From the NCBI RefSeq assembly GCF_001194135.2, contig NC_068982.1, positions 146,042,158-146,088,954 on the forward strand: DNA of 46,797 nucleotides, given 5' to 3'. Positions 22,902 to 36,863 of this stretch are shown piece after piece. Each line of letters starts with the position of its first letter. The stretch's first letter is position 1. The notes below the pieces were generated by a model, which saw nothing but the letters and a program-made list of their open reading frames with translations, was not told the origin of the DNA and did not search any database. The stretch is from Octopus bimaculoides (taxonomy: Eukaryota). A program made the position numbers and the translations under genes.

Positions 22902-23042
22902 AGTTGTGCCTCCAGAAAGTTTTCTCTTCAGGACAGCCAGTATTATTAGGTGAGTCCTAAGCACTTGAAAGCTTGCTGAAAAATTGTGGATATCTAAAGT
23001 TACAGGTAGTAAATCACTACCCACATAAATTCTCCAGAAATA
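22902..23042 (+). mobile_element. R4/Dong extreme 3' fragment E
   Basis: tgcctccagaaagttttctcttcaggacagccagtattattaggtgagtcctaagcacttga (LQKV.L.GTA.IIR.VLST*-like), directly after an (AAC)n(AAT)n tract. Confidence 0.6.
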
Positions 23043-23149
23043 AGACCAAGCCTGAGCCAAACCAAAAATAAGTCTTTGTTAATTTGACACGATGTCAGCA
23101 ATATTTATTCAAGAGTGCCAATCGATTATTTGGCTATTGTTTATATTAC

Positions 23150-23240
23150 TGGGAAAGGAAAAGTCAGCTTGTACAGAATTAGAACTCAGAACTTAAAGAG
23201 GCGGAAGAAATTCTCCTACAGCATATTGTCCACCATTATA
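23150..23240 (-). mobile_element. Degenerate SINE fragment
   Basis: gaattagaactcagaacttaaagaggcggaagaaattctcctacagcatattgtcc resembles the reverse-complement SINE head/body. Confidence 0.5.
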
Positions 23241-24239
23241 ATAACAACAACAATTTTAATTATGTGGAAATTAATGAATGTAAAAGCTACTGAATATATC
23301 TTTTGTTAGTCAATCTTTAATGGGAATCTTGCCTCTGCCTTTGTAACGATTTCATAGCAGTTTTTATATTGAATTATAATTTTCTTTCAGAAGAGCTTTC
23401 ACATGAACTAAGCACCTAGTACCCCAACTGTATACAAGCATGCAAAAGTCGTTGAGAGCAAAAACACAATGGCAGATGTAGAATATGGTAACTGAATTAG
23501 AAAATGAGTCAATTATATGAAAATGAACTTCAACGAAGGTAGAACGAATCCAGTTGATCTTAGTTTGAATCCACTTTACAGCACAAGAATAGACTTGCCC
23601 CAGGGACTCTAGAGATGAAGTCTGAAGGATTTTATTACTGAAAACTTTTATTCAAAGAATTTCTGTAGATAGACCGAGCGAGTTCCTAACTGTCACACCT
23701 TAAATTCAGACACTGCCTACCGGGGCGAAATTCTTGCTCATGCGTCGTAAGGTTGGTGGCATCTCCCATCCTAATAATTTTGCCCACACCGCATCACTTT
23801 TGTTGAAAATATATTAAGTCGGATACATTTAGAACGCACAATGCACATACATATATGTACATATGCACATGTGGCGTATGCATGTGTATGCACAGTAATA
23901 CTGCTCCCGGTGGGCTGGTTTTCAATTAGCAGGATTAATATTTGTTATTAATTTACCTAACGTAATAGAATGAATGTATACAAGTCAGATGAAGTCATTA
24001 ATTATACGTTATGTGCTTACAACTAATAGCTGAATTCTTAATTCCTGTTGGAGATGTGTTGTATAACTTTTTCTAGCAGAAACCTCTATGATGAGCGTCG
24101 GCGTTAAAGAAAAATCAAGTGGAACTGGTAGATTACTATCTATCGTATTGTTTCTATGCCAACTATTTTATGAATGTGAACAAGGACAGTAGTGGTATAT
24201 AACTTCTAACGCGGGAATGAATCATTAGGAAATGTGAAT

Positions 24240-25020
24240 ATCGCGAAGAAATAGTTTTACCGTTATTTTCCGAGATCCTGTTGTTTGCTTTGATAAGCGT
24301 TCTGAGGAAATACAAGCTGCTTATGATCTTTACTGAGACAAAGGGATTGATAATTTGCTATGTGTGGATGACATCAAATTATACACTAAAATGGATAGAA
24401 ACATTAATCTTCTTCAATCATTAACTTCATTAAGTAAGGATATTTTGTGGTATTTCGCTGTATATCTGTGTTGTATTGATTATGAAGAGTAAGGATAAAA
24501 TGAGGTGATGTCACTTGATCATTGAAAGAGAATTAGTTATGCGAGTACCTAAGTTTGTTGTAGAATTATAGAAATAATGGAAAGAGAAACGAGACAAGAC
24601 ATTCAAAAAGTAGAAAAGGATAATTAGGAAGATGCATGAAGGAAAATCAACTGGGACTACGATGATTAACACAATCAATTTATAGGCCAATCTAGTCTTG
24701 AAATACTATGCTGTAAAATGCAGGAGAAACTTATAAATAATTGTGAATACTGGAAAACTACAGAATCGAAAGTGTAGAAATGTAGAAACGTCTTACTAAA
24801 GAATATTCTTACAAAATGAAAAAAAAATAATGACATTCAAATTAAATTTTAGAAATGTCATACAGAGTGAGTAGAGTATCCATAAAAAAATTTGGACGAG
24901 AAACAATTTAGGGAAAGGAAATCCAAAAAGACGTCGGAAGAAAAGCAAAGAAGTAGCTCACAGTCCATAGAAGCCTGTGTAACGACCATTACTACTGGAT
25001 AAGTGCAGATAGAGGACAAC
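24240..25020 (+). mobile_element. Highly degenerate R4/Dong RT core
   Basis: ..VLRKYKAAYDL..DNLLCVDDIKLYTK (YMDD motif remnant at ~24352-24392), followed by YKYLG-like and SIEACV remnants. Confidence 0.6.
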
Positions 25021-25612
25021 TGTTAGTAATTGTCGAAGGCGTAATAGCATTAAGGGAGAAATCTAATTTCCTATAAACACACATACCCATCATCATCTTC
25101 GTCATATTGATGACAATTAATAGAAAATACATTTTCTTTCCAAGGTTTATAAACATCGAAACGAAAGGCCTTATTTCTCTCGGTTGTTCACCATATCATT
25201 TGCAGTTCATGAGGGTGTTGTCTGGTCAGTATTATATTTTGTGTTATACTACATTATTAATGTATATGTATAGTATCATTCTACTTTGACTTACCATAAC
25301 TGGGAAGTTTAACTTTTGAAACAAAACGATCAGTATGATTTGATTTGCTTTTTTTTTCCTTCTTATATTCACAGTATTCTATCAACTATCCTAAATAAAT
25401 GAAGAACAGAGAAAAGAAATGAAGAATAAAAAGCAGAAGGGAAATACATAAAGATACACAAATACAGGAATTAAAAGCGAGGAACTAATTACTGCCATAC
25501 TTTTGTCAACACTAGCCTTTTTGCGAATATAATTTTCTTGTTTAATATAAGTTGTACTCCGACTCTATACCTGCGGTCTTCTACCACTATTTCGATTGTG
25601 TAATTAATAAAT

Positions 25613-25882
25613 GAAGCCACATAGCCTAGTGGTTAAGCTGCTGCATCTTCGATCGCTAGATCACGGTATCGATTCCCTGACCGGTCAACGCGTTGTGTTC
25701 TTGAGCAACCCATTTCATTTCACGTTGTGCCAGCCGCTCCTTTCGACAGGGAATGGTTAGAAAAGCAGGACTGTTCACCTACCCAGTGGGGTGCTGTCAT
25801 TCGAAGGCTAAAACGATGCGAATTGCGCAGTGAGGCGTGTAATAGCATTTGATTGTCTGGTCGGTCACCTGATCACGTGATT
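25613..25882 (+). mobile_element. tRNA-derived SINE of a second family (central TTGTGTTCTTGAGCAA..TTTCACGTTG domain)
   Basis: A box TAGCCTAGTGG, B-box-like GGTATCGATTCC, then gcgttgtgttcttgagcaacccatttcatttcacgttgtgccag. Confidence 0.8.
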
Positions 25883-27086
25883 TGATATATAAATTCATGG
25901 TTAAACGGAGTATTTCCAGCTTTACCAATTCGACGGTTTCCATTCAGAAAATTAATGCTCTTACCTGTATGATTTTGTCAGTAAGATCTAAGATTAGAGC
26001 TATTGCTCGTGTTCTCCGTTTCCCCACCGTCACCTCTGTAAATAGCTGATGCCTTATGCGTTCTGTTTATACGCTTACAAGTTTGAGAGTGCATAAAGAA
26101 CACCGACAGCGAAAATATTCTAGACGTTTCATAGCCTGGGTAAGAATGCATGAGTATATGCGTGCCATGCGGGTATGGAAACATCAAGACTGCTGAAAGA
26201 AGGCTATCGGATTGAGATGAGATTAAAAGAACGAAAGAATTATGGGATCACAGATCAAAGAAACTGAATTAATTATTTCATTAAATTCAATTCTATTTCA
26301 TCTTCATTTCGAATCCTATTAGAATTGGTCTTACCCTAGAATAGTCAACTATTTCATTTCTTTGAACTTATTTTCTGAAATACAATTACCACATCAGGAA
26401 ATATTATTAATAACTTATTTTCTCATTATTAATATCAACAAACTGGAATGTATAATAGTTGGATTTCAAAACAAATGCACTGAAGCCTAAACACACCTCC
26501 TAATCCTATCACATCTAACCCAATAATGTAGCGTTAATACAACGCACTGTTATTTTCCGTATTGATTTAACATTAACTCTAATAGTCAATGCGCGAGACA
26601 TAACAATTTTATTATTTGTTTTGATTTCTTTACATTCTGTGTTCTAAACTGGCCGTGTAACAGTATGATTGCAGAGAAATCTCAATTAAATTACTAATTT
26701 GACTATCTATATCTAACTATTCACAGCAAATTTTGTAAATTATCTATACTCCCGAGGCAGTTATATGGTAGGAGCTTAGTTACATCATCTTCCATTATTA
26801 ATTCAAGTCCTTTCTTTCACCTCTTGGATAACAAAAATATAAGAACGGTATCTGTGATTAGTTTGATTATACACATTGCTCCAAAATGCTTGATCATGTT
26901 CTCAATGTTCTACATCATCACTGATTACGGCCATTATTAGTGAGTCAGCGTACAAATTCATCTAGAACTTATTTTAAGTATTTAGTAATCAGGGCATGTA
27001 TTATCACCTGAATAGAAGACTAATATTGAATAGAAATATAAAAACAAACCTGCATTTTGAATTCATCAAATATCTTGTGGTCAAAC

Positions 27087-27362
<276 letters not shown>

Positions 27363-29256
27363 TGTTCCATATTGATATTTTTGCAAACGTTTTTATGATT
27401 GTTTTCTGTGAATGCATATGAGTTTAACGTAATGAATGGTTCTAAGCCTTATGGGCATATTGAAATATTTTCAACGCATATTAAATATACCTTATGAAAT
27501 CGACAACTTGCAGGTGTAATAACAATGTAATCCATCATAGTGTACCAGTAAATAAAGACAAAAATCCGTCAAAAACTAGAAACCTACAGCTGAAATAGTT
27601 AAATTATATATTTGTATGTTTCAGAAACTTGATGATGCACACGGGGAAACATTTCTTTAAATTCATTAAAGGAAATTACAGTTACTGCAACGCCTGTAAT
27701 GTCATTACATAGCAATTTTATTGCGCAGTAATTTCTCTTGAAGCCAATACTTCGTCGGTCGTTTTGGAGATAGAAAGTGAAAATATATTTTCACGATTCC
27801 AGTGATATGATATTTGATTTCACTAATTTTGAATTATTCTGTTGCGACCTAGGGGTACGCTCAAAGACAAACAATTCCTGTGTGAAGTTTGATATTAATC
27901 AATCGGCCAATTGATCATAGCAAATCATTCTATGAATTGGAAATTTTCAGAAACTTTGAATAAAAAGGATGTTCAAGATATAAGGTAAGAGTTGAATTGC
28001 ACAGGATATTCACATCACGGAAAGGAATACAAATATTGTGAATCAGAATTGAATGTATCGACAATGAATATAAAATTACCAGCGTACAGAATTATTTATG
28101 AGGAATTTCTCGTAATTCTTCTTTTAGGAACATTTCTTATTTCGGAAAATTGAAAACGCTTTTATTCTCTAACGGAATTTTAGCGAATTTACTTCAAAAT
28201 AATTATTCATTTTTTTTCTCCATGTATGCATTGAATAAATTCAATATGACTAACTTAATTTTCTTTGAATTTGTTTTGCATTATAAAGAAGGGGGTTGAA
28301 AACGTTAAACAACATTTTGCTAGTTATTTTTTTTCCATGATACAAACAACAAAAATATAATTACCGCCAAAATATTTTACATAACGTTAAATTTACAGAT
28401 GATATATAGCCTCGCGATATGATTCAATAAAATCGCTGAGTAATGAAATAATGGAATTAATGGCGGTGCATTTACAGAGATGAAATTACAGCTCTCACTT
28501 TACCGATTAATATATTTGATATACATACATACCGACGACTAAAATTTGACAATTCTGATTTTGTATTATGAAAATCTGTGTCCTACTGTATGAAACAAAT
28601 TGTATAGCAACATGAGTAATAAATACATTAATCCATTTTAACATCTAATCGCCTCCATTTACACAAATATGAATTACTTTTTAAAACTGAGTTTAAAAAG
28701 TAAAATTATATATTGAATATCTCTACATAAGTTTCAATATCCAAGTTAATTTACACTGGTAAATTCAAAAGTAAAGTTTGAAGAAACAACGTTAGAAATC
28801 ATTTGGAAATTANNNNNNNNNNNNNNNNNNNNNNNNNNNNNNNNNNNNNNNNNNNNNNNNNNNNNNNNNNNNNNNNNNNNNNNNNNNNNNNNNNNNNNNN
28901 NNNNNNNNNNNNNNNNNNNNNNNNNNNNNNNNNNNNNNNNNNNNNNNNNNNNNNNNNNNNNNNNNNNNNNNNNNNNNNNNNNNNNNNNNNNNNNNNNNNN
29001 NNNNNNNNNNNNNNNNNNNNNNNNNNNNNNNNNNNNNNNNNNNNNNNNNNNNNNNNNNNNNNNNNNNNNNNNNNNNNNNNNNNNNNNNNNNNNNNNNNNN
29101 NNNNNNNNNNNNNNNNNNNNNNNNNNNNNNNNNNNNNNNNNNNNNNNNNNNNNNNNNNNNNNNNNNNNNNNNNNNNNNNNNNNNNNNNNNNNNNNNNNNN
29201 NNNNNNNNNNNNNNNNNNNNNNNNNNNNNNNNNNNNNNNNNNNNNNNNNNNNNNNN

Positions 29257-29320
29257 GTCGATTTAATCGACTGACCCCTTTCCCAAACATTTGGAGCCTT
29301 GTGCATAGCGTAGAAAATAT
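29257..29320 (+). mobile_element. SINE 3' end emerging from a gap (2894 family)
   Basis: gtcgatttaatcgactgacccctttcccaaacatttggagccttgtgcatagcgtagaaaatattat. Confidence 0.75.
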
Positions 29321-29419
29321 TATATATACTTATATATATATATATATATATATGCATTTCGTTCTTATATAATATATATAGAACGAAATGCAAAGGCTGA
29401 CTCAGCTTGGCACGCATGA

Positions 29420-29580
29420 CGTTGCAACTCTTTTCTATACCTAATTGAAATGGAGCAACGTGAAATAAAGTATCTTGCTCAAGAACACAATACGCAGCCA
29501 CGTCCGGGAATCGAACACACAGCTCGGTCCGGGAATCTAACTCACAACCGCACAATCGTAAGCTCGACGCTCTAACCACG
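29420..29580 (-). mobile_element. SINE of the 25613 family with a duplicated B-box segment
   Basis: tggagcaacgtgaaataaagtatcttgctcaagaacacaa, then two copies of gtccgggaatc(g/t)aac(a/t)caca, then tctaaccac (A-box reverse complement). Confidence 0.8.
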
Positions 29581-31261
29581 TCCTCACACCAAGAAAATAT
29601 TCAGCAAAACTTTAAAGTAAAGGGAATATTTAAGTGCCGGACGGGTGGCTGTTTTTTGGCAATGTAACCTAAGTCGATAATAAAATACCACGTTAGAAGC
29701 AACCTTGAAAAATATCATTGAACGTGAATAAACTATTCCCTTTATTGAGTTGCTATATTTCTGTTACAGAAATATGCATGGTGATGTAGAGGAGGATTTT
29801 TCAACCAGAATTCAAATTCCAAAAATACTCTAACGTAGAATTTGCTCACATATATATTTATAAAGACAAACGATCATCTATGGGTTGTAGTTTTAGTTAC
29901 TTCCTGTTTAAAAGTGCAGACAAAAGCAGCATAAATTAATGTAGCTTAACGTCTGTAACTGAAGTTTGAATTTTCATTCCCTCATTATTTTGGAAAGATT
30001 ATGATCTCAAAATTAACTTGCTGAATTATTGTTTGAAGACGAGATGTAATCTGTACAATCCTAATGCTGTATAGATATGTGATTTCTGCGAGATAATTGC
30101 GCTAAAATTCAAGTCCCTGTTGGTCAGTGACTGTCATCTGGGCCAAGGCAAAACAGTGTGATCTGTGCCTATGCAATATCTTAAAGTATTTGTTCATGTT
30201 ACATTAAACATTACAAACCAACCTGAAATTATCCAATAAAGTCACAATGGGAATGGTACAAAAATTAAGGAAATCCTAACTGCGGAAAGAACATCGACTT
30301 CATAAAATGCCCGACTTAGATTTTAAATTAGAGCATATTTCACGGGAAAAACAGTAAGTCATCGCTTCGTCAAATAGTTAATTTTGTACTTTTGTGTAAA
30401 GAATATTAACCTTCGGAAAGAGTTTAAATATTTGTTGGCACCAAATATGAATTCCTAATTCATGTAATACTAGACAAATTCTACTGAAAGAGCATACAGA
30501 TCTTCGTTCAACAATTTATTCTCAGAAGTTTAAATATTTCTAACTTTATATTTGTTCTGACACAATGCGGAGAAAGAAAATATGCTTAATAAAAATATTA
30601 ACAACGAACAAATCGTAAATATCCCGGAGAGAATACAAATATTGAAATCAAATTGAAGCGAACTACTCCCTAATTATGAAATTAGTTGGATTAAAATCTA
30701 TGAAATTTTGAGATACTGAAATATTTCAAATAATGTAACTTCGATAATATTGTAGGTTTCGGCAATGTAAAAAATGAATTTTTGAAAATTCTTGTACAAT
30801 ATCATAGGAGACAAATGCTCATTAATATCCCAAAGTTAGCTAGTATAGTTTTATGTCTGGCTAAGTGTCAGTACTACATGTTATTAGAACTTAGTATAAG
30901 TATCATTTTAGGTCTCTTAGCAAGTAGACCGATTATTGTTGTTACCATTGAATTGGGTAAAAATTGGTAAATTCATTTCGGGTTCCATGAAATTAAAAAT
31001 CATACACCGGTTTATCATTATGGAGTAACAGCATGTCGTTAATCAATTGGGTTAATGACATGGATTATTAAACATAATAGCGGATTTATTCAATTTAGTA
31101 AAGTGCAGTTTTATCATTCTATCAAAAACTTTTACAATCAAAACATTTAGCGCTTGCTGATTCATTCTCCGACATCAATTATACCGATATTAATAATACA
31201 CGTAAGTGATTTATTTTCCCTTTATAATGCTGTTGGGGTTGAGAAGAATTGTGATAATCTA

Positions 31262-32527
31262 TTAGGTTGTTCCGAAAATAGTGGCCGCTCTAAGTGTTGT
31301 GCTTTGAAACGCAATTTTATCATAGCATATTTTAAGTGAATTTCGACATACGTAATAATTGATGTATGCTCTTTAATAATGTTCTAGTTATTTTAGACAT
31401 AAAATATTCTTGAAGCGTAGGTGCCCTTAAATATGAACATGGCAGAAAAGGACCTTTACTTACTTTTCTTGCATGAGTTCAAGTTGCCTTCCGAATTGCA
31501 ACCAATATCATCAGATCTTGGGGAGAGGGATCCACAAGTGATCTCACAGTACGAAGGTGTTTAATAAATTCCTTAGTGGTAGTGAGAGCCTTGAAGATGA
31601 AAAAGTTAGAGGACGGTCATGCAGTCTTGACAATGAACAATTGAAAGCAATTGGTAAACAAAACTCACGTCAAAGTGTTAGAGAAATGCCTCAGGCACTT
31701 GGTGTCGGTATTGAAACAGTCTCGCGCAACCTTCAGAAGACTGGTAAGGTGGAAAAGCTCGATAAATGGGTACTGCATGAGCTCAATGAAAATCTGAAAG
31801 TTCGGCGCTTTGAAGTGTGCTCAATGCTCCTTTTGCGAAACACCAATGATCCTTTTCTTGACGGAATAGTCACTTGTGACGAATAGTAGATACTTTATGA
31901 TAACCGCAAACGATTAGCTGAATGACTTGATCGTGATGAATCTCCCAAACATTTCTCAAAGCCAAAGTTGCAATAGCAAAAGATTATGGTGACTGCCTAT
32001 TGGTCTGCAATTGGTGTTGTCCATAACACCTTTCTGGAAGCCAATCAGTGCATAACAGCGGAGGTTTACAGTAGTCAACACGCTGAAATGCATGCTTACT
32101 TGCAAAACATGAGACCAGCATTAGTGAATCGGTGTGGTCCAATTCTACTCTATGATAATACAATGCCACATGTTGTAAAAATGACGCTGCAGAATCTCAC
32201 AGACTTGGGATACGAGGCTTTACCATATCCTCCACATCATTCTCCTGATCTTTTACTCACTGACTACCATTTTTTAAAGCATTTAAACACATTTTTAAGT
32301 GATAAAACACTCAGGTCAAAACCAGAGGTGGAATTGTCTTTCAAAGATTACTTATCATCAAAGCCAATAAGTTTTTATCAACGAAGCATAATTAAACTCG
32401 TTGATTGATGGTAGAGATGCATAGATGTTTACGGTTCATATTTTGACTAATCAAAACATTTCTGTCGTTAATTTTATCCGGAATAAAATTATTTCTGAAA
32501 TCGGTCATTATTTTCGGAACAACCTAA
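31262..32527 (+). mobile_element. Full-length mariner (DD34D; Hsmar1/cecropia-like), 1266 bp
   Basis: 26-bp TIRs TTAGGTTGTTCCGAAAATAGTGGCCG (31262-31287) and CGGTCATTATTTTCGGAACAACCTAA (32502-32527) match 24/26. TA on both sides (31260-61, 32528-29). Confidence 0.97.
31433..32450 (+). pseudogene. Inactivated mariner transposase
   Basis: MNMAEKDLYLLFLHEFKL..LEDEKVRGR..KWVLHEL..GIVTCDE*..LYDN..YPPHHSPDLLLTDYHF..GSYFD*, with a deletion/frameshift after EFKL and at least 4 in-frame stops. Confidence 0.95.
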
Positions 32528-32712
32528 TACGTTATGTTGCTATATGATAAGGTAACGAGATTTAATGAAGAAAATAAAATACATTTATATAATAAATTCT
32601 TTATCAAACTCCATGTTTATTGTTTTTGCTAGAAATTATCTTTATCAAATGTTGAATGTGTATTTATCTTATAATAAATAGATAAATAGATCAAAGATAG
32701 CTGTGTCTATTC

Positions 32713-32713
<1 letters not shown>

Positions 32714-32796
<83 letters not shown>

Positions 32797-32860
32797 ACAG
32801 ACACACACACACACTCATGCATATCATATATATGTGTGTGTGTTGTGTGTGTGTGTGCGT
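32714..32860. repeat. (CA)n followed by (TG)n
   Basis: Direct reading. Confidence 0.95.
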
Positions 32861-33025
32861 CTGTGTGTTTGTGAGTCCGTGTATGTGTGTCTACCCACCA
32901 CTGCTTGACAACCTGTAACTTAGCGAATAGACGAAAGAGACTGATAGAATTAGTACCAGGCTTTACAAAAAGTAATAAAAAGTACTGGGATCGATTTCTC
33001 CAAGCAAAATCTCTTAGGCTTTGAA
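32860..33025 (+). mobile_element. 3' body of a third SINE family (internal-(TG)n type), deleted and truncated
   Basis: cccaccactgcttgacaacc..gtaacttagcg..aaagagactgatagaattagtaccaggctttacaaaaa..tactgggatcgatt matches a recalled octopus SINE consensus. Confidence 0.7.
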
Positions 33026-33539
33026 CTCTTTTTAAGTATCGAGCGGTATCCGTCCGTTATTGCGACAATAATCTTAGCGCTGTAGATAAGGTTCAGAGAC
33101 AGTCCTAAGCAATTACGGCTCTCTAAATTTAATTTTTTAGTGGTAGAGTGAACAGGAGTTGTTTCTATGTGGCCAATGGCTGAATGGTTATGATTTGTAC
33201 GTATGGGCGTAGACAAAAAAACGTGTTCTCCACTAAATCCGTGCGCTTATGTCATACGACAAAAGTTATGATTGAATCCAAATTTGATGTTGTTAGCAAT
33301 ATATATTCAACATGTCAGGTGGCAGGATAAGGGAACTATTGTTTGAAAATGTGCCTATTCAGTGCGATCTATCTAGTACTGGGGTCTGGTCTTTGCTATC
33401 TATAACTAGTCTATTTCTGAGAGTAAGATTTGTTTAACCTGTATAATCCTTGATACATTCTATACATTTAATAAGGTATCTTAACTTGTTGAACTAACAA
33501 AGAAGTATGAAACCTTAAAATCAAACCCAATACCAGTCG

Positions 33540-33780
33540 AAAGGAATGGAAAATTATACATGAACTCAAAAACGATAATGACATTATAAATAAAGACACA
33601 GATACGAAAATTAATGAAAATTTTATTGATAGTGTATACCACAAAAGACTTATATCACCTCTATTACAAGATATGATCTATACGACCTATTATGGAAAAA
33701 TCAAAGACGATGACAAAAACGAACACAGTCATTCACCGAGAACCTAAAGGGTTTAATAAACAAAGAAAGCGACTAGCTAA
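33540..33780 (+). mobile_element. Possible Penelope RT N-terminal remnant
   Basis: KEWKIIHELKNDNDII resembles E..AL..LK.D.DIIIK.ADKG. The rest is very decayed. Confidence 0.35.
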
Positions 33781-33790
33781 ATAATTTTGA

Positions 33791-34397
33791 ATGCCGAGAA
33801 ACAGTGCGCCAAATAGAATCATTCTAGCTCTTCCAAAGCGAAGAAAACTGGCTAAAGCAAGTACACCGAGAAACACATGATCATTCTATTTTCGACAGCA
33901 AGAGCGTCCTTTACATTATCTGGGTTATTTCTGACCAGTCTATTAACAAAGAGTACTTTGTGTAGGTTATAAGGGAGCTCAGGAGGAAATCCCTTAGCAA
34001 AGGACCAGTGCACCTCACCAGGACACTCCATTAGTCAATAATTTTGGTAATGAACTACCTGACAGAGATGCCCATCAACAGTGTCAAACACCTTCCCTAC
34101 TGTCCAAATCTTGCTTCCTGTGACTTTTAGTTATTCCCCAAGCTGATGGAAAGCCTCAGTGACAATCGTTTTGAAGACATTGAGAAGTTGAAGGAGGTTG
34201 TATCAAGATGGTTGGAAGCCTTCCATATGGAGGCCACAGACGGAGACTTCACGAAGTGGCTGGAGCGCTACAACGAGTGAAATGAAGTCAAAGGATTTTA
34301 TTTTGAAGGGGAATAGTGCTCTGTACTTCTTTCAAATTAAGAATTAAAAGTGTTTCTGCCGAAAGAGTCTACAAATGTCTGGAGTGTCCCTTGTGTA
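33791..34397 (+). mobile_element. Mariner 3' half (irritans-like), with remnant right TIR
   Basis: ..FDSKSVLY..INKEYFV*VIRELRRK..HQD..LPYCPNLASCDF*LFPKL..RFEDIEKLKEVV..KGFYFEGE*, then ..gtctggagtgtcccttgtgTA. Confidence 0.85.
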
Positions 34398-35254
34398 TCT
34401 TACAAGTGATACTTTTCGGTATTTCAAACACTGCATTATATAAATGAACCTTTTATTAATGCCCATAAACTGTAATATTCAAGACATCACGATGCATACC
34501 GAAATGTCAAAACATTCTTGTGGTACAAATAAATTGATTTAGATCAGGATAAGGGACCATATTTATTAGTCAATAGATAGAAGAAAGATTACTGCTCACA
34601 TGACGAATACGAATGCTAATGGCCAGTATATTTCTCATGTCTACGAAAAGGTATGCTGCAAGTACTTCAGAATTACTGCAAACTTTTGGCTATGAGTAAA
34701 GTCAGAGCGACAGCATATGTGTGGAGTTTTTGGCGTCCGAACTGTATGCATTTAGTAGGAACGTATGCCATAATGCTTTCACGGTTTCCGATACTCAACT
34801 AGTCACTTGAGATCGGAAGCTAAACATCCAAAGCAGGTATATACTAATAACTACCGGTAATTTTGAAATGAAGACTGGCATTGACAGGATATATGTTAAA
34901 CAGAATTATAAGGCTTGCACTGAAGGCCTTTATGTTCCATAGATCATAACTGATGCAAGACCTGCTAAAGTGTTATTGGAGATATGAGTATATCAATTTT
35001 GTGTAATCAAACAACAAAAATAGCAGCATTCTAAAATCATGTAAAGAGGTAAAGAGATAATCTAGATATATAGTGTTTGTTGTGAACCAAGGTTTGCGGA
35101 ACTAATCTATTTAAGAGGAACACTCATCATATAGGAAGAAAATTATGCAGGGTGGCATATCTTGCAAGCTAAAGAAAACTAGCAGATTTGACCGAAATAG
35201 TAGCCTCTCTTTAAGTCATCTTAAATACATGAAATGTGTACTTTACAATGCAGA

Positions 35255-35430
35255 GTACACTTTAAGTATGTTAGTACAAGAGATAGATTCTAAATACTTG
35301 ATAATTAAGTGAGATTATTATACTTAAAATCCACAAAATGTCAATTGTTCCGTAATTATTTGGAGGATATCACCCACGTCACTGGATGTCCAGCAATGTC
35401 TGCAAGATATTACTTTCCCACAAGTGTTAC
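35255..35430 (+). mobile_element. R4/Dong CCHC-region fragment
   Basis: QEIDSKYLI..TKCQLFRNYLEDITHVTGCPAMSARYYFP matches the CRLC..EDI.H...CP.MS.RYY.P.RHD pattern. Confidence 0.65.
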
Positions 35431-36863
35431 ATAATACTTTGTTCCCTTCATTTCTATACTTCAATCTTCGGTACCCTCTACAACTAAATCACATTTCTCT
35501 GTACTTAATAATAGTTGTAAAGTACATTATTTGTATGTTTCCGTCTTACTGTAATACTGACGTCGCTGCTTCATTATAATATGAACCCGTCCCTTTTAAC
35601 TATGTTAAGAAATATGATAGCAAACACTGACTATGCTAACTATGCTAACAAATACATATCTCAATTAATCCATTAGAAACTACTCCTCTATTCATTTGGT
35701 AACCTCTCCCAGGGAAGGAACTACGGTTTCTGAAACGCACTACGTTCATTTTGATATAATATAAACATCTAATTCTCTTACCACCTCCCTCTGTAAATGC
35801 ATATATATGCGTGCGTATTTATGCATGTTGTGTGTGCGTGTGCTTGTACGCGAGCGTGCGGATAATTTGAGAAAATCTAATTATGATATTACTGCTGAAA
35901 TACAGCACATTCAATAAATCAAAGTGCATAATCGGTTTCGGACAGTTACTTCCTGCCAAATATCGCAGAATGGCAACATTATTTCTAATATATAGAAATT
36001 ATTTTATTCTGTTACAGCGCTAAATTTAGTAATGAACAAATTATCTAAATGAGACACTTCATTGGATATTTGAGAACAATAACGGAAGCATAACAAAACA
36101 TAGCAAAAACACACAAACGACAAAAATTATGAAATAACTAACTCAACGAAACAATTATCTAAAGTGTGATGTTATGGTTAGCTGCGTGAGCTCCTTGAAA
36201 TATAAATAACATCTCTTTGTAGGTTGTCGCAAGTAATTTTCTCACAATCAAGGGCAATTTTTCGGTTGTAGTTTTAAAGTTAATTTTAATCGCGTCCTTT
36301 TATTATTTATTTTATATTCCATACAGATTCACGATTATTTCCTTATTGATTCAGCTGTTGACATGAACATCAGCTTATAATATGGAACGGTTTTAACGTT
36401 TCTACTATATAAGGGATGTTAAAGCATTTCAGATACTGCTGTCCTCCCAGTAATTCTATAGCACAGGATTACTGAAATATTTTTAATCGTAATAAAAATG
36501 AAGAACATAATTTCCAATACTATCTAATCAAGCAGAACCACTGGATGCTCGAGAATCAAACGCTGCCGCTTAGGGGAAAATGAAACAATTACAAATATGT
36601 TTGGTAGATATAGAACATAACCGAATATTTACTACTTCATTAAGGCCTTCTTTATTTCCTCACAAACCGTCTCTGGTAATATCAGGGAATCGCCTTACAC
36701 ATCATGGCTTGCGGCAGGGCAACTTTGCGACTCAACTAGAAATGATTAACTGACAAATAAAGGATGAGAATTTTAAGAAATAATAACCGAATAGGTTCAT
36801 CTCAAATGCATAATGTTAACTGAGATTTTACTAAAACCAAATAGTACATAACATCCCGTACTA

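Noticed and set aside
20465-23042. CRISPR-like repeat-spacer array
   Set aside because: The 'repeats' are variable-length AAT tracts and the 'spacers' are homologous LINE 3' ends. The context is eukaryotic and there are no cas genes.
36545-36620. Possible additional Dong CCHC remnant (RCRLGENETITNM)
   Set aside because: Too short and degenerate to separate from chance without an alignment.
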